A DNA stretch of 64,000 nucleotides, taken from Puniceicoccales bacterium (GTDB lineage Bacteria > Verrucomicrobiota > Verrucomicrobiia > Opitutales > LL51). Positions 10,858 to 21,346 of the stretch are shown one piece after another. How positions within the stretch are numbered: position 1 is the first letter of the stretch; every line of letters starts with the position of its first letter. Below the pieces are notes generated by a model. That model was not told the origin of the DNA. It made no database searches and worked only from the letters and a program-made list of their open reading frames with translations. The stretch covers positions 105 to 64,104 of the forward strand of contig JAISXO010000018.1 of NCBI GenBank assembly GCA_031270475.1. Reading direction: 5' to 3'. The translations under genes and the position numbers were made by a program.

Positions 10858-13296
10858 ATGCAAGATACTCAAGAAAAAGTTATTCCAACTAATATTACTG
10901 ATGTGATGCAGCGATCCTATATCGATTACTCCATGTCAGTGATCGTCAGCCGTGCCCTACCGGATGTGCGTGATGGCCTCAAACCGGTCCAACGCCGCGT
11001 CCTTTACGCTATGTTACGCGAAGGATTGCTCAGCTCTCGCCCTTTCGATAAATGCGCCGGCATCGTGGGAGAAGTTCTGAAAAATTATCACCCCCATGGC
11101 GACTCTTCCGTCTACGAAACACTCGTCCGCCTCGGTCAGCACTGGGTCATGCGCTATCCACTGATCACTCCACAGGGAAATTTTGGCTCTATCGATGGCG
11201 ATCTTCCCGCAGCTTACCGCTACACGGAATGTAAATTGGAAAAAATTTCAGAAGAAATCCTTCGCGATATCGATGAAGCAACGGTCGATTTTCAACCCAA
11301 TTATAAGGAAAGCACCGTCGAACCCACCGTGTTACCTGCCGCACTCCCTAATCTATTGATGAATGGCTCCACGGGAATCGCCGTTGGCATGACGACCAAT
11401 ATTCCGCCCCACAATCTCGGCGAACTCATTGACGCCCTTTGCCGCATGATCGATGATCCCTGCACAACGGTCGATGATCTGTGTGGCATCATTAAGGGAC
11501 CCGATTTTCCGACAGGCGGCTCTGTCATTGGCATTGAAAATATTCAAAAATATCTCCGCACAGGTCGTGGAATTGTCCGCAATCGCGGCGTTATCGAAGT
11601 CGAAACTCTCTCAAATGGTCGCGAACAATTAATCATTACGACGGTCCCTTATAATACCAATCGAGCGACCATTGTGACAAAAATCGCGGAACTAATCAAC
11701 GAAAAAATTATCGACGAAGCAAGCGATCTGCGGGACGAATCCGATGAAAATACGCGCATCGTTATCGAACTCAAACGCAACGAATCGCCCCGAGTCGTTA
11801 TCAATAAATTGTTTAAATTAACACCAATGGAATCGTCCTTCGGCGTCATTCTATTGGCACTGGATAAGCGGCGGCCCAAGCAGATGAATATTAAGGAGAT
11901 GCTCGATTGCTACCTGGATCATCGTCGAGAAGTTATTTTTCGCCGTACCCAATTTCGCCTCCAAAAAGCTGAAACTCGCGCCCATATTTTGGAGGGCTAC
12001 AAAATTGCACTTGCCAATCTTGATGATTTTGTGAAAATTATTCGTCAATCTCCGAACCGCGACGCCGCAAAGATCGCGTTGTTGGCGAAATATCCCATCT
12101 CCGACCGTCAGGCAGATGCGATCCTCGAACTGCGACTCTACCAATTAACCGGATTGGAACAAAATAAAATCGATCAAGAATACATTGAGTTGATAAAAAT
12201 TATTGAAGAATATCGCCATATTTTAAATAACGAGCAGCTCCTTTTAGGCGTGGTTCGCCAGGAACTCGTCACCGTTAGGGAACTTTATACGACGCCGCGC
12301 TTAACTAAAATTTTACCTGCCGAAGACGAATTTCGAGTAGAAGATGTCATCGCCAATGAGGGCTGTATCATTACGATTACGGAAAATGGCTTCATCAAAC
12401 GCACCGAAAATGCCGCCTACCGCTCCCAAAAACGCGGAGGAAAGGGCGTAATTGGAGCTGGGCAGCGGGACGACGATACCATTACCCATCTTTTATCGGC
12501 GAGTACCCACGATTACATCATGTTCGTCATGACAAATGGGCGAATTTACATCGAAAAGGTATATGAAATTCCAGAAGGCTCACGAACTTCTAAGGGGCGT
12601 TCTCTCGTCAACATCATTGAAATGCAGGTCGAAGAAAAAATGGCGGCGATGATCTGTTTTCCAGAATTTACGGCGGAACGCTATTTAGTGATGTGTACAA
12701 AAAACGGTATTACAAAAAAAACGAATCTCAATGATTATGTCAATTATCGTCGGGGAGGGATTATTGGCATCGACGTGGACGATGGCGACCGCGTCATTGA
12801 AGCGCGCCTTTCCAATGGCCAGGATGAACTCGTTCTGATTACCCACAATGGCATGTCGATTCGTTTTAGTGAGCAGGAGTTACGCGATCAAGGTCGTGCA
12901 ACGCGTGGCGTTCGCGGCATTACTTTACATTCGGCGGACTATGTCGTTGCGATGACTATCGTCGACAATGGGGCAACATTTTTGATAGCCGCTGAAAATG
13001 GTCAAGGTAAGCGTTCTTCTTTCGAGAGTTATCGCCTACAAAAGCGCGCGGGACTGGGAGTCATTGCGATCAAGATGGCAAAAAACGTAGGTGTTGCGGC
13101 GGCATTAACAGTCAATGACAGCGACGAAGTGATGATGGTAACGGAGCGGGGACAAGCCATTCGCTCGCCGGTAAAGGACATTCGCGTCATCGGCCGCACG
13201 ACCCAGGGAGTTCGTCTGATTAATCTTGAAAAAGACGACCATCTCATCGGTGTGAGTCGCATTGTTGAAATTGATGATTCCGAGGAAAAATCATAA
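10858..13296 (+). CDS. gyrA: DNA gyrase subunit A
   Basis: 812 aa. Motifs present: DGLKPVQRRVLYAM, HPHGDSSVYETLVRL (QRDR) and AAYRYTECKL (active-site Tyr context). C-terminal beta-pinwheel repeats are present. Confidence 0.97.
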   Translation: MQDTQEKVIPTNITDVMQRSYIDYSMSVIVSRALPDVRDGLKPVQRRVLYAMLREGLLSSRPFDKCAGIVGEVLKNYHPHGDSSVYETLVRLGQHWVMRYPLITPQGNFGSIDGDLPAAYRYTECKLEKISEEILRDIDEATVDFQPNYKESTVEPTVLPAALPNLLMNGSTGIAVGMTTNIPPHNLGELIDALCRMIDDPCTTVDDLCGIIKGPDFPTGGSVIGIENIQKYLRTGRGIVRNRGVIEVETLSNGREQLIITTVPYNTNRATIVTKIAELINEKIIDEASDLRDESDENTRIVIELKRNESPRVVINKLFKLTPMESSFGVILLALDKRRPKQMNIKEMLDCYLDHRREVIFRRTQFRLQKAETRAHILEGYKIALANLDDFVKIIRQSPNRDAAKIALLAKYPISDRQADAILELRLYQLTGLEQNKIDQEYIELIKIIEEYRHILNNEQLLLGVVRQELVTVRELYTTPRLTKILPAEDEFRVEDVIANEGCIITITENGFIKRTENAAYRSQKRGGKGVIGAGQRDDDTITHLLSASTHDYIMFVMTNGRIYIEKVYEIPEGSRTSKGRSLVNIIEMQVEEKMAAMICFPEFTAERYLVMCTKNGITKKTNLNDYVNYRRGGIIGIDVDDGDRVIEARLSNGQDELVLITHNGMSIRFSEQELRDQGRATRGVRGITLHSADYVVAMTIVDNGATFLIAAENGQGKRSSFESYRLQKRAGLGVIAIKMAKNVGVAAALTVNDSDEVMMVTERGQAIRSPVKDIRVIGRTTQGVRLINLEKDDHLIGVSRIVEIDDSEEKS

Positions 13297-14131
13297 TTCA
13301 AAAATTCAATACGAATTTCATAACAACATACGAAATATTGCTGAAAATTTCATATATTCAGAAGTGTGATTTTCCTTTTGAATATGTAAATAATTTGTTA
13401 TATTAAAATGGTCAATACTTTCCCCAGGCTTCAGCGCTGTCAATCTAGATTTAAGCCTACGATCATTGGATTTGAACTCCATCTTTGAATATATTTTTAC
13501 AATATCTCAATCTCTATTTCTTGCAGCCGCTTTCAAAGTTAAAATAAGGATCTTCCTCCCTTGTTTTGCCGGAATTATTCTCACCTAATTACATTGGCAC
13601 ACGCGATTCTTAACTTTCAGGAAAGGCTTTGAAATTTTTTCCAGCCTATCAAGATAATATTTTTTTCCTTTCCTCCGCAGGAATTTCTTTTGCCTGAGCC
13701 CAGGCTGTATCCCCTATCGTCTTTAGCGTCAATATTGGGTTTTCTTCTAATATTATATCTAACACATCCGAAGATAGAGAGTGTTTCGATTTGAGTATTT
13801 GAAAAAAAGCAACAAACGCTCTATTGAAAGCAAGATTTGTACTCAGAAAAAAATCTCTATATCGAAAATCATTCTTTTCAATCCCTAAAATAGAACATTG
13901 ACACACATTTTTATCATTTTTCATTCAAGATACAAATGGGATCACAGCCATACATGGCAAAAATTAACAGTAAACAAACTGAAACACAATTTATACAATT
14001 AAATATTTTTTACCATAGGCGGCATACTTTTCCTGAAAAATATTTTATCACAATTTTATATTATCACGTAAATAATCCACAAATTTATTTATTTTTATTT
14101 ATCACACCAGAACAACTTTCGCATAATTTAT

Positions 14132-15286
14132 TTACGCTTCCGCTACAGCGATATTGATTGCTTTCGCTGCTGCTACAGCCGAAGCCCAGGCCCAATGCAG
14201 ATTATAGCCGCCGAGCTCACCTGTAACGTCGACCACTTCGCCAATGAAATACACATCCGGGACGTGTTTTGCTGCCATCGTTTTTGAGGAAAGAAAACGC
14301 GTCGAAACACCACCGCGCGTTACCTCAGCCTTGCGATAGCCAACGACATTCTTCGGAATAAATGTAAATCGTGTCAACTGTCCAATCAGCACATCGATTG
14401 TAGATTTGTCCATATTGGCTAGCGGCATATCGCAATTTTGAGAAAAAATTTTCGCCAAACGTTTTGGCAATAAATCAGCTAAAATGCTTTTTACTTTCCG
14501 ATTTCGATCATTTATAATAACTTTTTTAAAATCAACCCCTGGCAACCAATTGATTTGTAAAGATGTATCCGCCTCCCACCATAGGGACACTGTTAATATC
14601 GCCGGACCGCTAAGACCGTAATGTGTAAATAAAACCTCATCTGTAATGGTACGATTTCCAACGGTTACCGCTGCCGGCAATGAAACTCCGGCTAATTTTG
14701 TAAATTCCTCGCAAATGTCCTTAGGGAAATCTAACCGTACCAATGCAGGCGACAACGGCTCAATCGCCATTCCTAGTTGCTCTGCAAAGCGATAGCCAAA
14801 ATCAGAAATACCAAGCTGCGGACAAGATAAACCTCCCGTCGCAATGACCAAATGTTTACAACAAAAATCAGTTCCGTAATTACTATGAACGATCCACAAT
14901 TCCCCCACACGTTCGATAAAATTAATCGATACGTTAAATATAATATTTACATTAAGCTGTAAATAATCGATCAATTCTTTCACATTTAATAGAAACAATT
15001 TCCCGCAATCGCTCTCCTGATACCCTATCCCAACACTAGCAAAAAGCCCTACCACATCCTTCCAAGAAAATTGCGCTAAAGCAGATTTACAAAAGTGCAC
15101 ATTTTGCGAATAATAATGTTCAAATGCAATGTTCCTATTCGTGCAATTACAATGGCCACCTCCGGAAACCGCTACCTTTCGCGCTGGCCTTTGAGTCATT
15201 TCGAGTACAACACACGTTCCTTTTAAAGATTTTGCACACAATAACCCAGCTGCTCCCGCGCCAACAATGACGGTATCAAAAATCAT
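14132..15286 (-). CDS. HI0933/BaiN-like FAD-dependent flavoprotein
   Basis: FDTVIVGAGAAGLLCA dinucleotide-binding motif, RKVAVSGGGHCNCTN and a C-terminal GEVVDVTGELGGYNLHWAWASA. The start was moved to the internal Met (MIFDTV) so it does not overlap the upstream gene. Confidence 0.75.
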   Translation of the reverse strand: MIFDTVIVGAGAAGLLCAKSLKGTCVVLEMTQRPARKVAVSGGGHCNCTNRNIAFEHYYSQNVHFCKSALAQFSWKDVVGLFASVGIGYQESDCGKLFLLNVKELIDYLQLNVNIIFNVSINFIERVGELWIVHSNYGTDFCCKHLVIATGGLSCPQLGISDFGYRFAEQLGMAIEPLSPALVRLDFPKDICEEFTKLAGVSLPAAVTVGNRTITDEVLFTHYGLSGPAILTVSLWWEADTSLQINWLPGVDFKKVIINDRNRKVKSILADLLPKRLAKIFSQNCDMPLANMDKSTIDVLIGQLTRFTFIPKNVVGYRKAEVTRGGVSTRFLSSKTMAAKHVPDVYFIGEVVDVTGELGGYNLHWAWASAVAAAKAINIAVAEA

Positions 15287-15300
15287 CGCGGCACAAAAGC

Positions 15301-16008
15301 CTAAAAGTTTAATAAAGAAGCAACAACGCACTGATTAGCAGATAGCCCTATCTCTCTCAGTCCATTCATAACAAATTGTACACCCAACGCGACCAAAAAC
15401 AACCCCGACAAACGAAAGCTTAATTTTAGAATCGTTGGCGTCAACCACTTTGCTCCCTTCGATGTCAATACTAAGATGACGTACACCAAGAAAATAGCCA
15501 GCGAAATAGCCAACAGGCAGGAAAGAAACTCTCCTGCACCTTCACTTGCTGCTCGATTGGCGATGATAATGGTCAAAGAACCTGGTCCGGCAATAATCGG
15601 TATAGCCAATGGCGCAATCGCTATGTCTTGACGCTTTTTCTTAGGTAAATTGCCAATTTCTTCGGCCTCATTTTTGGATATCACAATTTCAGGATCTTCC
15701 GCGCGCAACATACCGAACCCAACAAAAACTAACAATAGGCCACCGGCAATATTGAACGCCTCCATGGCAATACCGATTGCCGCAAGAATTTTCGGCCCTC
15801 CTAAAGCAGTCAACACCATGACACTCCAAGCAATTCCGCATGCCATTTTTGCCGTCGTTAAACGTTCCCTAACTGTACAATTCGTAGTCATACTCAGATA
15901 GAGCACAATCACAGCCAATGGACACATCGCCGCAAAAATTTGATAAAAACAATTTACGAAGAAACTATATCCTCCTCCTGTACATATTCCAACAAACAAA
16001 ATATTCAT
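15301..16008 (-). CDS. MarC family (UPF0056) integral membrane protein
   Basis: 235 aa with multiple TM segments. IAIAPLAIPIIAGPGSLTIIIA is typical of MarC-family proteins. Confidence 0.7.
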   Translation of the reverse strand: MNILFVGICTGGGYSFFVNCFYQIFAAMCPLAVIVLYLSMTTNCTVRERLTTAKMACGIAWSVMVLTALGGPKILAAIGIAMEAFNIAGGLLLVFVGFGMLRAEDPEIVISKNEAEEIGNLPKKKRQDIAIAPLAIPIIAGPGSLTIIIANRAASEGAGEFLSCLLAISLAIFLVYVILVLTSKGAKWLTPTILKLSFRLSGLFLVALGVQFVMNGLREIGLSANQCVVASLLNF

Positions 16009-16353
16009 ATTAATAGGTTACGTTTTTCATACACAAATAAGATTTTTAGGAAGTCAATAAAATTCATCATCGCAAAAATCTTTCATGGAATTTCGCCGAG
16101 ATTCTTACATTTTTTTTATTCGGACTCAACACCAACAATTACATATTGCCAACAATAAACCTACCCGATGACATTCAAACAGAACCACCGAGACAATAAA
16201 AACACACAAACATACATAATTCTCGAATCCTAACAAACATTCTTCCGGGAGAATCTCTCCTCCAAATTTCTTCTAAAAAGAGAAACTCCCTTTTATCTTC
16301 CATCTCGAACACTTTACTTTCGCTTCGTGTCCGCACAATAAAGCATTCGCAGA

Positions 16354-17700
16354 TTACTCCATCAGTTTCACCAAGTATATGCGAGGCCACCGAATCTCTA
16401 TTGGTTTACTCTCGACCGAATCTTTTCTTGGAGATCCAAATGGATTCTTACGCTTTGGACTCGGCTCCGGAGTTTTCGATGAGGTATCCGACGTACTTGC
16501 AAGCATGGCTGCTTCTGAACTTTTGGTCGTTTCCGATGGCTGCAACTCCGATAGCTGGGGCTCCGACGACCGGGGATCGATTAATTTCTCCAGTATTTTG
16601 TCATAGACCGCTTTTGCTAAAGCATATCCCGGTCCCTGCAAAGCTAAAACGCTAGGCAAACTATTACTTCCAAGCCTCTGGAACTCGCGAAGCGCCGCTT
16701 GCTTATCTCCTCCCGTTGCCCCTGTTACCCAAGCCAATGTACTTGCAAACTCCATAAATACTCTATTTTTTTCACTATCTGACTGATCACGCCCTATAGC
16801 CTCTAAAAAAATCTTCCCCTGTTCTGCTGGCTCTTCGCTCGCATACAGAGCATCTACTAGTCGATCTCTATCCGTATCCGTGATCTGAGTCTGCTGCTCT
16901 TTTGCACGCTCACGTACCATACGATCCATGACCCACATAACGGCCACAAGCTGGCTGTGTATTACCCCATTAGGATCGGGATTATCGGCACAAACATCGT
17001 CATCCTCCATCCAATCTTTTGCTTTCGGTAGTGGTAACTCATGAAGTTTTGTCAAGTTTTGATATACACAATCACCCTTGGCTTCTAAAATGTTTAAAAG
17101 GGCACTCCGATCATTATTATTGACAACCACTTGCCAATCATCTCGAAACGCCACTACAAATGGTATTAAGTCTTCCGTCAACTTTAATAAGTATAACTCC
17201 TCCTGCTCAGCTTCGGATATCTCCTCCTTCGCGAGTATTTTATCCTCAACTTGCTTAAGCATTCGCTTCATCGGTTGTTTTTTTATATCATCCGGAAGCT
17301 TCTTGCCTCCCGGATTCCAATCTACCCTCCCTGTAACAACTTGACAAAGCTGAACTATGCGGGAAAAATTCAAACTGGAATCGTTTTGTATATCCCATAA
17401 AACAGAAGCTATCTTTTCCACGTTGACTTTAGTGCCATCGGCAAACTCAAGAAATCCCCCTTGAACACCTTGGTGACTAAAATTCTGCACATCGTCAGCG
17501 TCCCATTGCACAAGCTGCACGAGTTGCCGTTGATCCGGATTTGCCGGAACTTCATTTTGTTGGGCTTGCTTTGACGAAGATATTCCATCTGGAACTGACG
17601 GCTGATCCTCATCAGTTGCTAATAACTCTGCGCTACAAGTACATAATAAAGCCAAAGCTAATAACACAATTCCATTTTGAGATTTATCACTCTTATCCAT
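16354..17700 (-). CDS. Hypothetical secreted protein, next gene downstream of sctU
   Basis: Starts at MDKSDKSQNGIVLLALALLCTCSAELLA (signal-peptide-like) and is preceded by GGAGAAGG. Has a Ser/Pro/Glu-rich C-terminal tail. No recognisable domain. Confidence 0.5.
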   Translation of the reverse strand: MDKSDKSQNGIVLLALALLCTCSAELLATDEDQPSVPDGISSSKQAQQNEVPANPDQRQLVQLVQWDADDVQNFSHQGVQGGFLEFADGTKVNVEKIASVLWDIQNDSSLNFSRIVQLCQVVTGRVDWNPGGKKLPDDIKKQPMKRMLKQVEDKILAKEEISEAEQEELYLLKLTEDLIPFVVAFRDDWQVVVNNNDRSALLNILEAKGDCVYQNLTKLHELPLPKAKDWMEDDDVCADNPDPNGVIHSQLVAVMWVMDRMVRERAKEQQTQITDTDRDRLVDALYASEEPAEQGKIFLEAIGRDQSDSEKNRVFMEFASTLAWVTGATGGDKQAALREFQRLGSNSLPSVLALQGPGYALAKAVYDKILEKLIDPRSSEPQLSELQPSETTKSSEAAMLASTSDTSSKTPEPSPKRKNPFGSPRKDSVESKPIEIRWPRIYLVKLME

Positions 17701-17846
17701 AGTGAAAACCTTCTCCAAAAAAAAACTACCTGTCAAGTTTTTTTTCGTTACTTTTTATAGTGAAAATTTTTTTATCTAATATTAAAACAATTCCCGATCA
17801 TTTTAATATGCTAAACCACATTTTTGAAAACTTCTTCAACACTTAA

Positions 17847-18926
17847 TCAGTTGAAAACCGCATTTTCTCGGGCTCGCTCGTCTTTGATATCCTTGACCCA
17901 ACGCAAAACTTCTGCAACCGGTGCCATTAAATCCCTCGGAATGTATTCCATGACGCCCGCCGTATCCAATAGCGCGTGTGCTAAAGGTACATTGCGCATA
18001 ATCGGTATCCCTTCCTTTTCCGCAACAGCTATCATTTGTTCCGCAATGATGCCAACTCCTTTCGCAATCACAATCGGTAGGGGAAAGACGGGGCGCTCAA
18101 AATCGTAGAGTAATGCAATTGCGACATGCTCCGGATTCGTGACTAAAGCCGAAGCCTGTTTTGTCTTTTGAGGGGGATCCTCTTCCATCATTTCTTTGTG
18201 AATTTGTTTGCGTTTACTCTTAACCTGCCCATCGCCCTCGGATTCCTTATACTCCCTTTTGACTTCATCTTTACTCATCTTAAGCCCCTCTTTCCACTTG
18301 TATTTCTGATAGGCATAGTCGAGAGCCGCCATTGCAATGTATGCAAAAATGACCATCTTTGCGAAATTAGTCATAATAGGGCCAAGAATACTCAATACAC
18401 CGGATAACTTGCAAAACGGTAATAAAATTAAATCGTCAAATACATCTTTTACAACACCGACCAACAGGAAGCCCAAAAAAATGATTTTTACCGTTGACTT
18501 CAGCAGTTCGACGAGACTTTTCATGGAAAACATCTGCTGCGCCTTTGACATGGGATTAATTTTACTGAGATCGGGCTGTATCGTTTTCGATGTAAATAGG
18601 ATCCCAACCTGTGCAAAATTTCCAATGAGTCCCATGAGTGCTACCACGAAAATCGCTGGGAAAACAATGCCTCCCGTCTTCATCAAAACACTCCAAAGCG
18701 CCTGACCAGTATACCCCCCCAGATCATTACATCGCCCAATAAATTGGGTAGGGATCAAAATCATCTCTGAAATATTCTCTAAATGTTGATTCCAGCCCAA
18801 TCCAACATAACAAAATGCACCGATTAAAGTAAGCGTCGAATTGACGTCCTGACTCTTCGCAATATTTCCTTTATTGCGCGCGTCACGTATACGTTTCGGT
18901 GTTGGATCTTCGGTTTTTTCGCTCAT
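17847..18926 (-). CDS. sctU: Type III secretion export-apparatus switch protein (SctU/FlhB family)
   Basis: 359 aa. Motifs present: N-terminal EKTEDPTPKRIRDARNKGNIAKSQD, four TM segments, MSKDEVKREYKESEGDGQVKSKRKQ, an autocleavage-site variant NPEH, and a C-terminal GIPIMRNVPLAHAL. Confidence 0.9.
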   Translation of the reverse strand: MSEKTEDPTPKRIRDARNKGNIAKSQDVNSTLTLIGAFCYVGLGWNQHLENISEMILIPTQFIGRCNDLGGYTGQALWSVLMKTGGIVFPAIFVVALMGLIGNFAQVGILFTSKTIQPDLSKINPMSKAQQMFSMKSLVELLKSTVKIIFLGFLLVGVVKDVFDDLILLPFCKLSGVLSILGPIMTNFAKMVIFAYIAMAALDYAYQKYKWKEGLKMSKDEVKREYKESEGDGQVKSKRKQIHKEMMEEDPPQKTKQASALVTNPEHVAIALLYDFERPVFPLPIVIAKGVGIIAEQMIAVAEKEGIPIMRNVPLAHALLDTAGVMEYIPRDLMAPVAEVLRWVKDIKDERARENAVFN

Positions 18927-18957
18927 TTATCCCATTCCTTTCACTTGCTATCGCTCC

Positions 18958-19746
18958 CTATTTTAAGAAATGATTAACAAAAAACGACATTTTACTTTGC
19001 GTGAAAAAATAGTAATGGAACAGTTTTCCCAGCAACGAATAATAAAATAGTAAAAAAAACATCGATAGCCAGCTTTTAACCGGCATTGCCATAAAAAACA
19101 CATTTAATTGTGGTGCAAAACGACTGATCATTCCCAAGCCAAACTCCGCAAGAAATAATACGATTAAAATCGGTGCTGAAAAGCAAAAAACGGACTCCAT
19201 AATCTCATCCGCAAACGACATCATAAATGCCGGGAAATTGACGTCAAATGTAGGGAAAAATGTAAATACAGGCCACATAATATAGGACTTATAAATCACG
19301 CCGAGGAAAAATAAAAATCCCCCCATCGAAAAAAACAGCGTTGCAATCATCTGAGTCAAAAAGCTTCCCAAAAGCGATGTCTGCGAACCAACAACGGGAT
19401 CAAATGTCATGGCCTGCGACGACCCTCTCTGAATATCAATAATGAATCCAACACTATCCGTAATATAAAAAATAAATCCCGATAAATAACCCAACATGGC
19501 CCCCAGGATAACCTCCTTGCAGATCGTTACGAAGATAATAAGCACCGGAATCTGTACCGTTGGTAACGTCGGATACACGGCATGGAAAAGGGGTAAGGCC
19601 ATGGCAAAAATGATGACATTGCGTCCCGTCCCCATGATGTATTGCTTGGCAAATACCGGCGTTAATGACAACGCTGCCGCCAAACGTATGATACACATCA
19701 TCATTAAAAATAAAACTGATGTTACTTCCTCTAGTCCCGCTCCCAT
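18958..19746 (-). CDS. sctT: Type III secretion export-gate protein (SctT/FliR family)
   Basis: 262 aa polytopic membrane protein between sctS and sctU. Its start overlaps the sctS stop (ATGA). FliR/YscT-like hydrophobic pattern. Confidence 0.85.
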   Translation of the reverse strand: MGAGLEEVTSVLFLMMMCIIRLAAALSLTPVFAKQYIMGTGRNVIIFAMALPLFHAVYPTLPTVQIPVLIIFVTICKEVILGAMLGYLSGFIFYITDSVGFIIDIQRGSSQAMTFDPVVGSQTSLLGSFLTQMIATLFFSMGGFLFFLGVIYKSYIMWPVFTFFPTFDVNFPAFMMSFADEIMESVFCFSAPILIVLFLAEFGLGMISRFAPQLNVFFMAMPVKSWLSMFFLLFYYSLLGKLFHYYFFTQSKMSFFVNHFLK

Positions 19747-20015
19747 TAATGAATAATCGTTGGAAAATTGGTAAACAGGCTATTGGCAAACGCGAGTAAC
19801 TCATCGCCGATCCAATAGGCCGATAGCATCAAAACCGTAACAGTAAAGAATAGTTTGATGGCAAATCCCAATGTTTGTTCTTGAATCTGGGTAAGGGCTT
19901 GTAACAAGCTCGTTATCAATCCCACACACGTCGCCACTAAAATGGGCGGCATCGATAACATGAGAATGAGTATCATTGCCTGCTCCGTGATACTAATGAT
20001 AAAATTCTGATCCAT
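19746..20015 (-). CDS. sctS: Type III secretion export-gate protein (SctS/FliQ family)
   Basis: LLQALTQIQEQTLGFAIKLFF is the SctS/FliQ signature. The internal Met (MDQNFIIS) gives the usual ~89 aa length; the track ORF extends to 20042. Confidence 0.85.
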   Translation of the reverse strand: MDQNFIISITEQAMILILMLSMPPILVATCVGLITSLLQALTQIQEQTLGFAIKLFFTVTVLMLSAYWIGDELLAFANSLFTNFPTIIH

Positions 20016-20070
20016 ACGCCTAGCCATTGTTTTTTTAGTCAAATTTTCGCAAATAGCAAGCCCTTAAACT

Positions 20071-20955
20071 TCAACGACTGGCAATAAAAAAACGGTCAAA
20101 TCGATTCAAGTCTTTCAAAACTTCCGTTTGCTTAAAATATTTTCCGTATACTTTTTGGAGTTGTTGGGCATGAGAAATACCCGTTTCAATAGCAATAATG
20201 CCATTTTTTTTGAGAAACTTTTGGGCTCCATCGAGAATAATTCTAATATCCTGGAGACCCTCTTCTTCGGCAATTAACGCCGAAATAGGCTCGTAGCGAC
20301 GTATTTCATCCTGGATCCCATCAAATTCCTGGCGTGTCAAGTAGGGTGGATTGGAGACAATGAGGTCAAATTGCTCCCGCCATTTATCACCTTCGAAAGC
20401 ACTGTACCAATCCGATTGGAAGAATTGCAAGTTATTCACACCATTTCGCCGCATATTTTCGCGGACGACCTCCAACGCCAATGGTGATCGATCGACAGCA
20501 AATACGCAACTCTTCGGGAAATGTTTTGCCAAAGCAATCGCAATAGCACCGCTCCCCGTTCCCAGGTCCAAAATATTCAAGGATGAAAAATTCCCCCCAA
20601 TAGAAAAGGCATTCCCAATGCGTTTACTAGTATTATTTATAAGCCATTCGACAAGTATTTCCGTTTCTCCGCGCGGAATAAAGACGCGGGAATCAACCAT
20701 CAAGTTTACATCATAAAAATCAACTTCGCCCAAAATATATTGCAATGGTTCTCGCTGGGCACGCCGCACCAATAACTCCAAAAATTGTATTTCCGATTCT
20801 TTACTGACCGTTGTTTGGCCCTGTAATGTTAACTCAAGCCGTGAACATCCCAAAACATGGGCCAATAACCATTCCGCATCGTTCTTTGAGCCCTCGACAT
20901 TGTCAGAGCATAAAAAACTTGTCCCTTCTGCGAGCAATTCAATAATCGACGCCAT
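20071..20955 (-). CDS. prmC: Release-factor glutamine N5-methyltransferase (PrmC/HemK)
   Basis: Motifs present: EPLQYILGEVDFY, ILDLGTGSGAIAIALA (SAM site) and LIVSNPPYL (NPPY). Confidence 0.9.
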   Translation of the reverse strand: MASIIELLAEGTSFLCSDNVEGSKNDAEWLLAHVLGCSRLELTLQGQTTVSKESEIQFLELLVRRAQREPLQYILGEVDFYDVNLMVDSRVFIPRGETEILVEWLINNTSKRIGNAFSIGGNFSSLNILDLGTGSGAIAIALAKHFPKSCVFAVDRSPLALEVVRENMRRNGVNNLQFFQSDWYSAFEGDKWREQFDLIVSNPPYLTRQEFDGIQDEIRRYEPISALIAEEEGLQDIRIILDGAQKFLKKNGIIAIETGISHAQQLQKVYGKYFKQTEVLKDLNRFDRFFIASR

Positions 20956-20963
20956 AGACCGCG

Positions 20964-21338
20964 TTACCGAAGATAGGGCGTTTCCCGCATTGCAACATCA
21001 TTTTCACTGGTTCGTTGATTGTTTTTCCAACGAACTAAATTCTCATTTTGGAACTTATCCTTATTGTCCCTATGGGACGGCCGCAATGCCCCGAGCGATG
21101 TGATAGAATTGGGAGAAATACCCACGAGAAATTTTTGTCCATTGCACTGGATAATGGCAACGTAATGGCGTCCGCCAACGGATAGACGCTCGGTTACGCA
21201 CAGATGGTCGGGATGGGAGCGATCGCCATTGGGCACCTGCGGAAAAAACCAACCCTTCCTGCGAAAAAGTACGAAAAAATATCCGCCCAACGCAAGAAGA
21301 ACAATAAAAACTACCGACTTAACAACCTCTTCAAGCAT
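20964..21338 (-). CDS. FliO-like small membrane protein
   Basis: 124 aa with a single N-terminal TM (VVFIVLLALGGYFFVLF). This is followed by LCVTERLSVGGRHYVAIIQCNGQKFLVGISPNSITSLGAL, which parallels E. coli FliO LKISASASLGARERVVVVDVEDARLVLGVTAGQINLL. By-eye similarity only. Confidence 0.45.
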   Translation of the reverse strand: MLEEVVKSVVFIVLLALGGYFFVLFRRKGWFFPQVPNGDRSHPDHLCVTERLSVGGRHYVAIIQCNGQKFLVGISPNSITSLGALRPSHRDNKDKFQNENLVRWKNNQRTSENDVAMRETPYLR

Positions 21339-21346
21339 AGGACAAA

